Of a DNA stretch of 64,000 bases, positions 48,695-61,743 are shown one piece after another. Each line of letters begins with the position of its first letter. The first letter of the stretch is position 1. The translations under genes and the position numbers were made by a program. This DNA is from Eledone cirrhosa (Eukaryota): the NCBI GenBank assembly GCA_964016885.1, contig OZ024750.1:12400001-12464000 (forward strand), read 5' to 3'. The notes beneath the pieces were generated by a model, which worked only from the letters and a program-made list of their open reading frames with translations, was not told where the DNA came from and did not search any database.

Positions 48695-51335
48695 CCATTT
48701 AACATCCATTTTACCACATACGGATATCCAAATTCAACATAACATCAATTTGGGGAGCCATACAACGGTCTGGGCACTATTCTCTGTTTAACTCTTAACG
48801 TCCTGTACCACATGAAACCGCATTAACAAGAGGTTATTGAAAAGGTATAAAACATCACTATGACTGTATCATCATCATCATCATCATCATCATCATCTTC
48901 GTTTAACGTCCATTTTCCTCGCTAGCCGTCCATACATTAACAATTAGAGTCTTTAGTCTACTGCAAATGTTTGCAATGATCTGTCCACTATTAATAATAC
49001 TATAAATATTTGAATTCTCAAGCTCCCCTTTAGACATTTTCTGCTAACTTATTACAGGATATTAAGAGTTAAGAAGAGAAATTACAGTTGACCTTTAGAA
49101 ATATGATCATATAGCAATGTCTGAAATAGATCTTCTGATACAAAAATGCAACTTTTCTTATCGATACAAAACTTTGTATTAATATACCTTTCCTACTCTT
49201 TATACAATATGTAAGTTTTCTTAACAGTTGACTGTAATTAATAAAATCTTAGAATGGTGTTGATACTTATACAGTGAGCTTGTAGTACATCACATTGGAG
49301 GTTTGGTACTTACATGGCTTCAAAGACAGTACATTGTATTTGAAGAACCAGTAGTGGCATATGTGTGAGTGTTGTTACCTCAGTGCTCCAATGTTTAACA
49401 TTGTTTAACAACCAACTAAACTGAAAGTGAAGATTTATAAAATAAACAGGTTAGATATTATTAGATTTTGCTAAATTATTATAATACAAGTTCTAACTGA
49501 TTTGATTTTTGTTGTGTGAAGTTATATAAAGAGTATGATGATGATGATGGTGGTGGTGGCGGTTGTAGTCATGATGATGGTGATTGGAGGTTGTGGTTGT
49601 GATGATGGTGATAATGATGATGATTTAATAAGTGTTCTCCCTGCTCAGATGGGTCAAGAACCTGCATCTCCTATATATTTCCACAGCATTCTCACACTAC
49701 CAAGTGCATTTTATCCTAGCACCAGCTCTAAGGAGGTTGTAATGTCTTTGACTCAAATGAAGAGTTATCTCAATACTTTGTTTGGCAGGCTTTCTACAGC
49801 TGAATGCCTTCTGTTACTAATAATAATCATAATAGTTCATTTATTGGCTCATATGTTTATGCCTAGGTATCATTTCTGATTGAAATACAGATAAAATTAT
49901 ATGTAAGATAATAATGAAAATTGTGTACAGTGCTCAGAGTTTTCTAGTTAGGTAATAGCGTACAACATTTTGTAAGAATTTTAACTACAATCCAGAAATT
50001 CTAAGTACATTTCACAAAGATTTCTACTTAGGTTATAGTGAAGAACATTTCGAAGATTTTAACTACAGTCCAGAAATTCTAAATTGGAAAAATTCCAGTA
50101 ATTGTTCAGTGTCAAAATTTACTAACCCTGGTTATAAATGTTATCAGTTTCCTTGTCAATCTAAATATAAGCTTCTTCCATCTCATTTTATAATGAAACA
50201 CTCTTAGAGTATAGATATAACAGCTTCACTGTAAGAACAGATATAACAGTTTCATCGTAAGAACATGTTCTTATGAACTGAATATAGCTTAGCATGCATC
50301 TTAATTTCATAAATAATTTACAAGTGTTGTCATGTACTAAATTTTACTCACCAAGCACCAAAACTAAGTAGAAAATGTACTTAATAAGCAAACACTACAA
50401 AATATTGATGTCGAAAGTAATTTACAGAATCAATTCTAACAGTTACTTAAATGTCAGAGATAAGGTGTGCCTAAAGAAAGCTAATGGAATAGAAATTAGA
50501 ACTGGCTAAACAGGACTGACAGTTAGGAGAATGATCAAATAATATGACTGACAGAAATGAGAAATCTGGATGAAAAACTGACTGAAATTATTATAATAAT
50601 AATGTTTCTTATAATAAAGCATGAGAGTTTAAGGGAGATAAAAGAAGAAGTTGCTGCAGTTGAGACTCACTTTTTCCAACATAAATTATACATTATGTAC
50701 TGTGATACCAACTAGGAGTCATGACCGGCCTACACTCAGGGCTAAATTAACCATTAAGCAAAATAAGCACATTAAGGGAAGAGGGAAATCATTTTATTCA
50801 AACTTATATATTTTTTATTTCTAAAGAATGGGTTTTCTAACAAATGTATATCTGCTCAGAACATATCTGTAAAGAATAGTGAGTCTTCCAAAATACTGCT
50901 GAAATGTCATGAAAAAGTTTGAGATTTATATATCTCCCTTCAATCAGCATAATGTGGTAAAAAAAAAAAAAATTGCATTTTTTCTCTCTGTACATGACTT
51001 GAGTTTTCTGAAAAATAATCCAAATGTGAATCTAGAAAGTTCCTTTTCACTCTTGGTCTACATAAAATTTGATGAAAGCTATCAGTCATGTTCTCAACTA
51101 GTTGTTTGTAATCTAGAGTATATACAATTTCTATAAAGTTTAGATCAGAAGATTCAAATGCCTGCCAAGCTTAAATGCTTCAAGCTCAACATCAAACATA
51201 CTGATTCTAGGTTTAACATTTTTCATCAGTTCTCCAATCTCAGTACTTTCATTTATGTCAGATATCTCTCCAAAATATCTTAAAGGTATAAGAAAATACT
51301 GATAATTGTGAATCATATCATAATATTGCTTAGAT

Positions 51336-53670
51336 CAGTGATTCCTAATGTAGGTACTACCATCCCTTTTGGGGAAGGAGTACTGGAATGCTGGGGGGGG
51401 GGGGGGCACTGGGAAGCAAGAGGTGATGTTGCAAAGCAAAGTTTACAAATAGCTACCTGTAAAACTATCACCTGTGTCAATGAATAATATAACAAGTAAA
51501 TAATGATAATACATCTATAATGTTATATTTTTTATAGATATAACCAAGGAAGAAATATTTAATATTTTTGTAGAGTATCAAATATTTAAGATATAATTTT
51601 ATTTCATCACTTAAAAACTACTGTCAATATGTCTAATTGGCCAAGAGAGTTTTCCATTAGATTTATGGAATCTTCAAGATGAGAGAAGCTCTTGAAAATG
51701 CTGACAAAACAAACATTTGTTTTATTTCAAAGCACCTCAAGAATGACTTTGCAAACACCTGACATTGTCAAGTGTTTTCATCCACATCATTGCAAGAAAA
51801 TGTGTTATGCATTACAAAATGTTACTGATGACCAAATAAAAAAGGCAATACACTATTGGCAAAAAAATTGTTTTCATCGAGCACTTTTTACCTTTCCAAA
51901 TTTCCTCTTTTTGCTGCTCTCTTTGTCAACGGACACCCTTTTGTATGAGGAGTGCATATGAGTTTAGTTGCTTTGCACATTGACCTCAATGTATGTGAGA
52001 TACATATATGCTGGACTGCACCTGCTCTCTTATTACAGTATAGAGGGTTTCCCTAGCCCAAATGGTATTAAAAGGAGCTGTAATACTGCTGGTATTTCAT
52101 CCTAACTAGGGATTGTCAGCCTCAACGCTAGTTATGGTAAATATCTGGTCAGGATAAGCCTTTTCCCGTTTGAGAGGGATGTGTGTGGGATGCCATATGT
52201 TGGGACACTTTTTCTAGTACCAGCCTTATTGCTTTGGTCATAAACCTGGGTATTGTTACCTGTAATAGCAGAAAATGTCATTAATAAACAGGCTCCATTT
52301 TGTGTTGGTTACCTTTGAAGCCTTCTGTGTTCTCAGTCCTCAGATTGCTGTTTTCCTCGACCAAATCAAAATGTAAGCATTGCACCTGAGGAAATAATAC
52401 TGTGTAGTGGAATGATTCTTGTTGCAGATATTGTTGGCTATTCCTTTTGGTAAGACTTTTGCCATCTTGTGTGCTGGGTGTATATCAATATAGTATGTAG
52501 ACTTAGCTATTTTAAAAATATTTATCATACCTCTAATTGTGTTTTTTTGGCAAAGAATGGACCCTACCAGCTGCTAATGATGGCGAACACACTATGTTGC
52601 ACAAGCCAAGGACTAACTTAATAAAATTCCTTTGAGCAATAATAAAAAAAAAACAATAAATTGATGAAATGGGCAAAGATTTAAAAAACGTTTTGTAATT
52701 TTTTGAAGGCTGTCCAATTTTTATAACAACTGGGTGAATTAACTCTACCATGGAATAAAGCATACATTTTGTTTTAAAAATAAGTAAAGAAATTAACACA
52801 ATAGTTTTAAATGATTTAGAATCCCAGACAATGCATATAATGAAATAAAACATGGTTTTATTATTTAACATTATTCAGACTTAAAAGACTTTCATAAGTG
52901 AATCAGTGTTGCCTCATAGCTGAAGAAGCTGGAGATGAAATAGTAACAGAACAGAAATCAGTAGAATTCCTTCTATTTTTTCTTGCTAAATATTTAGTAA
53001 CAGATATTAAAGGAAATTATATTTCTTGTGGAAGATGTGTTTTTCTTAGAGAAAAGGAGATTTCTATTAGTAATATCATGACAGATTCAACTGATACAGT
53101 TCTATTAATGATGGGTTCCTACTATACATTTATATATATAATTACAAGATACCAGACTTCATTCGTTTACAGAGTGAGGTGTAACTTGTCAGATTGGACC
53201 AAGGAAACAATGTTTCCATTGGTCTTTCCAATTGCTAACTCTATCTACTGGTCACAATGCCTAGCAAAAGGAGCAACAAAGTATCTTGCTCAAGAACATA
53301 ACACAGTGCCTGACCCAGGAATCAAACTCACAACCTCACAATTGTTAATTGAACTTTCTAACCACTAAGCTACGTGTCTATAGATTCACTACATGGCTTA
53401 TTAAGAATTACAATGTGGAATGTATTAGCAGTGCATTGCAGGATTTGCTGGCAACATTTAATTGCAAAAATAAAATAATAAATTATATAAAAAAACAAAA
53501 AAACGTTAGTGATTGCTTGCATCACTCATTACAATATATCATTACAGCAATTAACAAAAATCAGAAACAATTTTCTCAATGACAGATTATTCAGACAGTT
53601 ATGTGGACAAAACTATAAAGAATTTGCTGAGTTACTATTTCACACTGAAATTAGTTTGTTGTTGAGGGGT
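51336..53670 (+). pseudogene. Decayed hAT (Buster/Charlie/SCAND3-like) transposon interrupted by other insertions
   Basis: hAT-like terminus CAGTGATTCCTAA at 51336. Peptide relics YKMLLMTK*KRQYTIGKKI (~51812; cf. YxIxLLIAKxGKPHTIGE), AKYLVTDIKG...FLREKEISISNIMTDSTD..LMMG (52985-53115; cf. ATDGAPxMxG) and KIINYIK...LNDRLFRQLC...LLFHTEISLLLRG (53470-53670; cf. LLHTEVRWLSRG). Confidence 0.8.
53180..53380 (-). mobile_element. SINE family 2 inserted in the hAT relic
   Basis: Diverged reverse complement of 60085-60296. Confidence 0.75.
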
Positions 53671-53873
53671 GTGCCTTGTTTAGGTTGTCATAAGTCATTT
53701 TATGTCCACTCGCAACCCTGGCCATACATTGGTCGGCCTGGACAGCACAGCAAAGTTATTTTATGTCATTGCTTTTCTTTTTACACAGAGTGTGTGTGTG
53801 TGTGTGTGATTATTTCGTGAGAATGAGCATTCAATACCAAAGTAGAGTTTAAATATTCTTAATTATGGCTAAG

Positions 53874-54197
53874 TGGTGGTGGATTGGCAGTATCGGTAGA
53901 GCATTGGACACTGTGGTTTGCAGCATAGAGCTATGCTGCTTTATGTTCTGAGTTAAAAAGCCTGCCAAAGTTAGCTTTGCCTTTCATCCTTACGGGGTCA
54001 ATAATATAAAGGCCAGCAATTTTGGTGAAGGGCAAAGTCGATCAAATCGACTCCAGTGCGTGACTGGTACTTTATTTTATCGACCCCATAAAGATGAAAG
54101 GCAAAGTTAATCACGGTGGGATTTGAACTCAGAACGTAAAGGACCATAACTCTATGTTCCAAAGCATGGCGTCCGACGCTCTACCGATACTGCCAAT
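53874..54197. mobile_element. Tail-to-tail SINE family 1 pair (+ 53874-54010, - 54010-54197)
   Basis: Family sequence in both orientations. Further partial or degenerate copies at ~34358-34520, 36280-36382, 38790-38905, 45060-45110, 47623-47770, 61255-61515 and 62320-62520. Confidence 0.85.
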
Positions 54198-54234
54198 AAG
54201 AATAATAACATACTATATCATATAGAAATACATA

Positions 54235-54425
54235 GGGCGGTGGATTGGCAGTATCGGTAGAGGGTCGGACGCCATGCTTTGAAGCATAGAGTTACCTCCC
54301 TGTATGATCTGAGTTCAATTCCCGCCGAGGTTAACTTTGCCTTTCATCCTTACGGGGTCGATAAAATAAAGTACCAGTAATGCACTGGGTAATTGCTGGC
54401 CTTGTGCCAAAAGTAGAAACAATTA
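54235..54425 (+). mobile_element. tRNA-derived SINE family 1, full length
   Basis: A-box TGGCAGTATCGG, B-box GAGTTCAATTCCC, central GCCTTTCATCCTTACGGGGTCGATAAAATAAAGTACCAG; 13-bp TSD ATATAGAAATACA (54220-54232 / 54425-54437). Confidence 0.92.
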
Positions 54426-54604
54426 TATAGAAATACACGTGTGTATGTGTATGTGTGTATGTGTGTGGGTATATGTGTGTTATGTTATATAAGTGAAAAT
54501 GGTAACATGTCATCGCAGACAAATGAAATGTTTCACAATATGTTGAAGTAGAGTGGAAGGATTTGATTCAATGTTGTGTCTTTACACATCAGTTGTGTAT
54601 CTGT

Positions 54605-54747
54605 CTATATGGTATGTATGTATTATATTGTGTTGTGTGTGAGTGTGTGTTGTGTGAGTGTTGTGTATGTGTGTGTGGTGTGTATGTGTGTGTTATGTGT
54701 GTAGTGTTGTGTGTGTTGTGTGTGTTGTGTGAGTGTATTGTGTTGCA

Positions 54748-54779
<32 letters not shown>

Positions 54780-54980
54780 CATATATACATATATACATAT
54801 ATATACATGAGTGTGTGTATGTGTGGTGTTGTAGGTGTATGTCTATATATGTGTCTGTGTTTGTGTTTGTATGTATGTGTATATATATAAATGTGTGTGC
54901 ATGTGTATATATGTATATATATATATATGTATATATATGTATATATATGTGTATGTGTATATATGTGTGTGTGTTTGTTA
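54605..54980. repeat. Degenerate (TG)n/(TA)n tract
   Basis: Seen directly. Confidence 0.88.
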
Positions 54981-55277
54981 TAGACAATATAGTAAACTCC
55001 CCATAAATGAACTTTCCAACATGGTTGTAGGTTGTAAGTATATTATTTCATTTCTCTCATTTGTTTCATTGGAAAAGACACGAGTGTCACAATGTTGAGC
55101 CTAATGTAGTATAAGTACCTTTATTGAATTGGTAGATTGTCAAAAGTCACTTCTCAAGTATTGCTTTAATCACTTATAAAGAAAGGAATCATTATGTTGG
55201 AAATGGTTGAAACTCGAAATGGTTGAAACGTTGCTTCTGTAAATCAAACTGAATTATAGAGAATAACTCTCAACATT

Positions 55278-55824
55278 CCATTTATAACGGCTTCCCCTGA
55301 TGATGGTACATGACAGATTCTCTGTAAGTTTGTTAAGGCCTTTATAACGGTTCCCCCTGATGATGGTACATGACAGATTCTCTGTAAGTTTGTTAAGGCC
55401 TTTATAACGGTTCCCCCTGATGATGGTACATGACAGATTCTCTGTAAGTTTGTTAAGGCCTTTATAACGGTTCCCCCTGATGATGGTACATGACAGATTC
55501 TCTGTAGGTTTGTTAAGGCCTTTATAGCGGTTCCCCCTGATGATGGTACATGACAGATTCTCTGTAGGTTTGTTAAGGCCTTTATAACGGTTCCCCCTGA
55601 TGATGGTACATGACAGATTCTCTGTAGGTTTGTTAAGGCCTTTATAGCGGTTCCCCCTGATGATGGTACATGACAGATTCTCTGTAGGTTTGTTAAGGCC
55701 TTTATAACGGTTCCCCCTGATGATGGTACATGACAGATTCTCTGTAGGTTTGTTAAGGCCTTTATAACGGTTCCCCCTGATGATGGTACGTGACAGATTC
55801 TCTGTAAGTTTGTTAAGGCCTTTT
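55278..55824. repeat. 60-bp minisatellite, ~9 copies
   Basis: Unit TTTATAACGGTTCCCCCTGATGATGGTACATGACAGATTCTCTGTA(A/G)GTTTGTTAAGGCC. Confidence 0.97.
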
Positions 55825-56271
55825 TGAGTCACTGCTACGTCTTTCTAAATGTTTATCTATAAACATATCGTATTTCTTTAGAAATACGAAATTCCAATAC
55901 ATATATGTATACAGCTATGCATGAAGCTAAATCCTAATTCTATTCTCTATATATATATGTGTGTGTGTGTGTCGAACTAGACAAATGTGGTTTCTAAAGC
56001 AGGAGGTAGACGTAGGCCCAAGATATAGAAGCAATCACATAATTAAGCTGTTGAATTTCAAACGGTTTGAAAGTAGCGCCAGAAAAGCTCCCCACTTCGA
56101 ATATAGAGAAAATCGTGTGTATGTATATATATATATATATATATAGATAAATCTACCAAAGTATACGGTAGTGTCTAATCCGTATGAAGAACTCAATGTA
56201 ATCCAAATATCATGAAAAGAGAAGATGTATTCAAAAATTTTCGATGAAAAACACAGGAAAACAGAGTCAAG

Positions 56272-56652
56272 ATAAATTAATAAAAATAATGAATAAAAAC
56301 AAAGAAACAGTTCCTTATATTAAAAAATTCATCATTTTACGATCGTTTCTAGGATATATATGTGTGTGTTGGTATGTATATCATATAGATCTATGTAAAA
56401 GTTTTACAAACTATCAGAGGGAATATACATACCTACACATATATATGCTGTCTTCAGAAATATTTTATTTCTGAAGACAGCATATATATGTGTAGGTATG
56501 TATATTCCCTCTGATAGTTTGTAAAAATGTTACATAGATCTATATGATATACATACCAACACACACATATATATCCTAGAAACGATCGTAAAATGATGAA
56601 TTTTTTAATATAAGAACTGTTTCTTTGTTTTTATTCATTATTTTTATTAATT

Positions 56653-56655
<3 letters not shown>
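56272..56655. repeat. Near-perfect palindrome (~190-bp arms, 3-nt loop)
   Basis: Centre CTTCAGAAATA-TTT-TATTTCTGAAG; arms complementary out to ATAAATTAA / TTAATTTAT. Confidence 0.96.
56467..56594 (+). ncRNA. Hammerhead ribozyme motif with long stem II, in the arm of a large palindrome
   Basis: ATTT-CTGAAGA-[~100-nt hairpin: ATATATATGTGT/ACACATATATAT, GGTATGTATAT/ATATACATACC]-GAAA-C-GATC-G-TA-AAAT. Mismatches at the base of stem II. Confidence 0.65.

Positions 56656-56749
<94 letters not shown>
56656..56749. repeat. (TA)n(GA)n microsatellite
   Basis: Seen directly. Confidence 0.93.
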
Positions 56750-56750
<1 letters not shown>

Positions 56751-59700
56751 ACTGTTAAATTCAATATTCAAATAATGCTGTTTTTTTTTTTGTTTTGTTA
56801 TTTTTTTAATTAGAAATGCTTTATTCAAAGAGAGAAATTTCTATGTAAATTCTATATGTGTAACATATTTATGTCATTCTCAGCTAAAGGACACCAACAG
56901 TTCACTCACAATAGTTTTTTATTCTATGATTCTGAATGAATTCATAAGAATTTTCCGTCACTTCTTTTGGTAAGACTATTCAAAAGATATACAATCTTGC
57001 AAACTGCTTTTACTTCAACAGGAAATATTTACTGAAGAAAATCATATGACATTAACCGGGTTCATATTTTATCAGTGTGTTTACCACATATCACTTACAT
57101 ACACACACATATAGACACACACTCACACATATAGACACACACTCACACACATGTGTGTACTTCCCCACAGCCATGTAATCTAGAGCCATCAACATTTATA
57201 GTGCTGAAGCCTTCCTTTTAAAAGTTGCATTAAATCTTTATGGTATCAATCTAATGTTAATGAGTCCTTTCGCTTTAATAAGGCTGTTTTCAAATTCGAA
57301 GTAGCCTCAAACAATTTACCACAGCCAATACAGTCTTTTCATTTATACAAACGATATTTTTCTCCAACTGTTGCAGGCTATTAACAAAAAAAGAGTGAAT
57401 TTTTCAATTGTTTTCTCTTCACAATAGTTAGACATACCTTAGTCCATATTTCCTCCTGCCTTTACCATATTTTACTTTATCATTTATAATTTATAAGGGT
57501 TCATTACCAAGAGGAAATCGATTTTCACGTTGTTTGATACGCCACATGTTTCACTGTGACATCTGTTCCTTCTTCATATAATTTATCTTTTAAATATTTA
57601 GTTTCTTGGTCTTTATGCAGGTGAGTTATTAAATGGAAATTCATAATGATATTTAAAGCAATATTCTTCATCCAGGCTTTTAGAATATCAGATCGCTGAA
57701 ATTCTTTTTAACCCTCCTGTTATTTCTTTTTTATAGAAAACCACCATGGCAAGCCAGTTATGCTTATCTCGCTATAGCCAAAACACTTAACAAAAACAAC
57801 GAAGTCTAGTTGAAGGAGATACTAATATTGATTACATTGAAATAAGGTAATTACTGGTATTCCACAAACTGTTTAGATTCGCATAGGAATATTTGAGATG
57901 TCTTTTAGTAAGTGAGGATCAGATCAAAGTTATCCAGGTAATATAGTCCACATATTAAAGAGGCACCAGAATAAACGTAAAGTATCAAGTGTCAGGAATT
58001 ATTACGCACCACGGGGAATATAAAGGCAAGAAACTAACTCTTCAAATTCTAGGAGACCACCACTTATAAGTGTGGCAAGTTCCTGTCATGCGAAGTTATA
58101 ATTTAGTGTAAGTGGGGAGAACTCCCTATCTCAGAAAGAACAATAGAAACAGATGTCGGAATATCATACTGGTCAAAATATAATTTCCTGAAACTTGTTG
58201 AAAAGGACATTGTTTTCAAACCTTAACTCTCGCCAAATACATCAAAAACACACCTTGTTAATAGACCCTTCAGTAAGTCTTTGCTTCACATCGATACCTT
58301 GTTCTTGTTTATTTCTCTCATAACTAAAAGAAAAGCGCATTTCCACTTGGATACCATATTACCACACAGTAAAAGAGAAAAGCATATACTGGGAGGGTTA
58401 TATTATGTTTTATTGTACACTCGAATTCACTTGTTTAGTATAGTTGGGAAATTACTATATAGGAACATTCGTATCATATTGGTTGCTGGCTTCGTCCTTT
58501 GAATTATGAATGCTTTGCTTTAGTTCCATTGACAATTTTGTAGTATAACTCAATGATTTCTTAGAGGATTGCATGCTACATTTAAGTTTCACAGTCTTTT
58601 AGCTCTTTTAGACTTGTGATATCGATACTCAGGAAAGGAGAAAGGTCGACATTCCAATAGTCTTATATAGGTGTAACTATTGGATGTCTGCATGACTTCC
58701 TCGTTTGCTTAATGATGTTGGTAAAAACAAAATGACCCTCTAATTGGCTTGATGTTTTCACAGAGTCTCTAAATTTGCCAACACGATGACAAAGAGCGTT
58801 CGGTGTCAGTTTAACACGAAAAGAAACAGTTTTAGTCTGTTTGAAATAGCCATCTCTTACCATCACTCTAGTCACTGATAGTGATTAACTGTCTTGTTTC
58901 AAAACAATCTGGCTGTAGCCAATAATACATTATCACATGGTTCCCCGTGGATATCTTGTCAGAAAGAAATCTATTTATCTTCTTGGCTCTGTAGTTTGAA
59001 ACGGTTTGCTTAATGCAAGCGCTGAACCGGCCAGAATATTACTAAGCATGACATTGTTATACATATGTTCACAGTGATAACATTACTATTTTATTTGTCT
59101 ATCTGCCAAATTACTCTAAAGATGTGATGAAAGATATAGTATCTCTTCTTTTTAAATAATCTTCAGTTTATTCTTTCGTCATATTCGCTAACTTCAATGC
59201 AAAAATCAGTCCTAACTTGTGGGTCTGCACTTACACAATAGACATAAGGTGAACAATTGGAAATAGAAAGAGGCTTTCAGGGTCCTTTCATATCACAAGC
59301 AATATTCTGGTATTCTTACTGTGTCGGAGCAACACAATTCAAAATCACGTAAATGCAACATCGTACAATTACCGCCACAATTACAATTACACCAGTTGGA
59401 TTGGATCATCTATGAAGATATATTTATGATATGATATTCTACAAAATATGTCTTCTTAAGAAACAGCAACATCACAGCAGATGTGCTGAGAGATAGATAG
59501 ATAGATAGCGAGAGCGAGAGAGAACTTGCCTTTACTTTTTAGATGTTGGTATTACACATGATTCCGAGTGCTTCAAGTCTGTCAGTATCTGAACCGTTTA
59601 TAGAAATAGTTTTATGCAGATTTTGTTAACCCGATGAAATATATTTCTACTATAACACAATTTAATATACTTGTCACTCACTGAGTAAAACAAGAACGTA

Positions 59701-60084
59701 TACGCTATGTGTATGAAAACACACACACACACACACACTTGGAAAGGATGTCTTGAAACAATTCTATTATACATTCGATAGATTTCAGTAAAAGTGATGC
59801 ATCAATGCATCTTCTACCCAGAATCTTTAATAAATCTAATATTTTTCATATAGGAGGATAGAAATCTAAGGCTTGAGTGGACAGCATTGTTGAACATTCC
59901 TAAATCGTTATTTTATAGAATAATACGACATATTCTCGCATCTTGCTTACCTTAAAGTTAGTATGAGTCTTTTTAGAGCTCTTAACCACAACATCTAAGT
60001 CATAAACCAGTTTCGCGAGAGTTCAAGGTAGATCTTTATGTGATTTACCATGTTATTCTGCAGCTTTGGTGGTACTTTAGTGAA

Positions 60085-60296
60085 GGTGTGTGGCTGATTG
60101 GTTAGAGAACTGCATTCGCAATCGTGAGGTTGTCAGTTCGATTCCTGGACCAGGCGATGCGTTATGTCCTTGAGCATGACACTTTATTTCACGTTGCTCC
60201 TTCTACCTGGAGTTGCGGCCGATAGACAGTATTAGCAATTGGAAAGACCAATGAAAACAGTGTTTCCTCGGTCTGATTTAACGAAAGTCGATCGAC
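60085..60296 (+). mobile_element. tRNA-derived SINE family 2 with CORE-like segment
   Basis: A-box TGGCTGATTGGTTAG, B-box GTTCGATTCC, then TGTCCTTGAGCATGACACTTTA. Copies at 16985 (+) and 53180-53380 (-). Confidence 0.85.
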
Positions 60297-61514
60297 TCTT
60301 CTCTCTTGGTTTTCTCAGTTTAATTGTGCCATCTTTTTGCAGACACTCTGTTGAGCTTTTTACATTCACAGTAAAAGCAAGCTCTTTAAGCCTCTCCAAC
60401 TTCTACACAAGGAGGAATATTTATCAAATCATCGCCAGAGATCCTTTCAATGTCCGTATTTCTGTATATATACACATACGTTTAATCCTATCGGTGTAGT
60501 TAATATCGTAGTTCAAAGCATCACTTTACGTGTGATCAACTGCTTCTTATTACGTTGAAACCATAATTATTGTAGAACTTCTTGCTTCAGAGATCCATAC
60601 TACACAAGATGGATATATATTTATGGATGGAGAAATGAAGATCTAAGAAATTTTATTCACGTGGCTAGTATTTTGAGTTTACTCAAAGGGGTAAGGCCTG
60701 GACTTAGTTGGCGCGATACATTTCGCCGATTACAATCAACCATCCACATTAACTTTAAATATTAGCAATTCACAATATTCCTGATATTACATATCATTAC
60801 AGATTACCTGTGCTTGCCAAAAATGTATCTTTTATAAGAAATGTATGGTTACATTCGTTATAATAGTATCCTCTATAGAAAACTGCTTTTGGCATCGTGA
60901 AAGCACTGGCACTTAGGAATTTATTACGTTGATATTGAAACGTGATCTTGATTTCGATATTAACCCTTTTGTTACCATATTTCTAATGAAAGACATTGCC
61001 TATAGCTTTCAAATAATTATAGAAATAATCAAGAATTTATAGGGATTTAGTAATATAACTAATTTTCCTATTATTAAGGTAATAGATTGGTATAGAGTAG
61101 TCGTTAGAACGTCGGATAAATACTGAAGTGGCAATTATGTGATTGTGTTTTGTTGGAGATGTTGAGGGAGAAGGGTGTCACTCATGTGGGTATATGATAA
61201 AATGACAATTGAATGAGGGAGAGTTACATGTTCAATCCTGAGCAAAATATGTATCAAGTATTGAGGTCAATATAATCGATTTCCTCCACCCCCTCTAAAA
61301 TTGCTGACCTTGTCAAAATTAGAAACCATAAGGTTGTGGATTGACAGTCGGTAGAGCGTCAGAGAAATATTTAGCGTTATTTGTTCCGCCAAGGTTAATT
61401 TTGCCTTTTATCCTTCCGGGGTCTAAAAATTAAAGTACCAGTCATGTAGTGGGATAGATGTAATCTATTTCCACTCCCCACACATTGTTGGTCGTGTGCT
61501 TAAATTATAAATCA

Positions 61515-61743
61515 TTAACCCTTTAGAATTTACATTACTCTATATGTACTATTTTATTTTCATGGTAAAGGCTTTACCTTACATAATTATCTCACATAAT
61601 ATCGAATCTACGAGATTTTGATATTATTTATTTTGAGAACAATACCTTAACATAAGTATGAGTGGCCAGTTACGGCTGGTTTGAACAGAAAGAGGTGAGA
61701 GAATTCTGGCTGGATATGGCCGGTTTAAATGCTAAAGGGTTAA
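61515..61743. mobile_element. piggyBac-type TTAA MITE family A
   Basis: TTAA-CCCTTTAGAATTTA ... TAAATGCTAAAGGG-TTAA. Confidence 0.92.

Noticed and set aside
51875-52520. Gypsy integrase relic on the minus strand (YGIPHT-like peptide)
   Set aside because: Only one short motif; I could not trace the DDE residues.
54235-54330. tRNA genes (also 60085, 6250-6318, 62840-62918)
   Set aside because: A/B boxes are present but there is no intact cloverleaf, and they continue into SINE bodies, some with TSDs.
55278-55824. 60-bp repeat as a hammerhead/retrozyme array, or as a 20-aa repeat protein
   Set aside because: Each unit has CTGATGA but no GAAA or closing stem II. The minus-strand ORF is only the repeat, with no supporting context.
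57400-59050. Autonomous Penelope RT/GIY-YIG or host exons near the 56.3-kb palindrome
   Set aside because: No ORF or motif recognisable in the frames I examined.
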